Source: an uncultured Acidobacteriota bacterium (GTDB lineage: Bacteria; Acidobacteriota; Terriglobia; Terriglobales; SCQP01). From it: 64,000 nucleotides of DNA. Shown piece after piece: positions 63,466 through 64,000 of this stretch (positions are counted from its first letter, which is position 1; every line of letters begins with the position of its first letter). The stretch covers positions 5,859 to 69,858 of the forward strand of contig CALEJU010000036.1 in assembly GCA_937898755.1 (NCBI GenBank). Direction: 5' to 3'. A model generated the notes under the pieces. That model had not been told where the DNA came from and made no database searches. It saw only the letters and a list, made by a program, of their open reading frames with translations. The position numbers and the translations under genes were made by a program.

Positions 63466-63585
63466 CCAGCAGCTTAACTTAGGAGGTCTGCGTCCCGGCC
63501 CCCCTTGGAACGCCCCCGCCCTGATTGCAACGGGCTCTCGCGGGTTCTTGTCGCCCGGTTGACCAAAAAAGCTGCGAATTGGGGC

Positions 63586-64000
63586 TCACTGAATTGTGAC
63601 GGACTTTGTCTTGGTTGCGACCCGTCCGATGCTGTCTTCGGCCGTAACGCTGAGGGTGTATTCCCCTTCGTGGGGGTAGGCGGCGGTGACATGCTTAAAG
63701 GACCCATCAGAGTTCATAAGTCCCACCACCTCGTCGTTGACCAAGACCTTGGCCCCTGGGGCGGAGTGCCCGACAACTTCCAGCGATCGGCCGATCTGGA
63801 CAACATGATCGATGGTCACGGTCAGTTCGGAGCGGGGGGCGGCCTTTTGCAGGATGAACTTGTAGGTTCCGAGCGCAGGCGACTCGTGTCCTTTGGCGTC
63901 CAGTGCAGTCACCGTCCAGTAGTAGCTTCCTGTCGCCAGCCCGCCCACCACCGCTGAATGTTCGGCGGTGTGAATCTCGGCCATCGTCGAGCTGAAAAAA
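63586..64000 (-). CDS. hypothetical protein, C-terminal fragment (beta-sandwich/Ig-like sequence character); probably continues beyond the window
   Basis: The ORF 63586..63984 has no stop between 63985 and 64000 in frame, so the gene probably starts outside the window. The sequence (GSYYWTVTALDAKGHES..., EGEYTLSVTAEDSIGRVATKTKSVTIQ) looks like extracellular Ig/FN3-like repeats. Confidence 0.45.
   Translation of the reverse strand, partial: FFSSTMAEIHTAEHSAVVGGLATGSYYWTVTALDAKGHESPALGTYKFILQKAAPRSELTVTIDHVVQIGRSLEVVGHSAPGAKVLVNDEVVGLMNSDGSFKHVTAAYPHEGEYTLSVTAEDSIGRVATKTKSVTIQ

Overview
This is a GC-rich, densely packed bacterial chromosomal segment with about 46 protein-coding genes. Several family-level hallmarks point to Acidobacteriota, by inference only: a VWFA-related Acidobacterial-domain type protein, a TMTC-like TPR membrane protein, a YVTN-propeller lipoprotein and a GH57 enzyme. 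Nearly everything is core metabolism or housekeeping. From left to right the window holds an NtrY/NtrX-like two-component pair and an aspartokinase-thrC-thrB-hom threonine cluster. These are followed by a string of uncharacterised genes behind citramalate synthase, and a secreted clan GH-A glycosidase with a HAD phosphatase. Next come an ECF sigma / anti-sigma / LTXXQ module, guaA, leuS, nfo, a phosphofructokinase with PPi-type signature residues, and a type I-beta DAHP synthase. Then follow GH57, a fused LptF-LptG permease, ppdK, glyS-glyQ-recO, a methyltransferase, a PfkB kinase, a rhomboid protease and an M1 peptidase. The remainder is folE, a GT2 enzyme, a TlpA-like redoxin, a co-directional pdxS-pdxT-glgC-MocR string, a VWA protein, an RNase G/E homolog, and mreB-mreC-mreD-mrdA-rodA. 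I saw no rRNA or tRNA genes, CRISPR arrays, transposases, integrases, phage genes or recognisable defence genes. I did not find a convincing self-contained novel system. The best leads are (1) the RNase G/E homolog, whose S1 domain is split by a ~405-aa Arg-rich disordered insertion and which has a 445-nt leader with an SD-sequestering hairpin; (2) a single-polypeptide LptF-LptG fusion; (3) PFK residues D104/K124 together with PPDK, suggesting PPi-dependent glycolysis; and (4) several unexplained palindromes and hairpins in intergenic regions. Many long ORFs in the track are antisense shadow ORFs typical of high-GC DNA and were rejected. All start codons are inferred without RBS models and several are uncertain.
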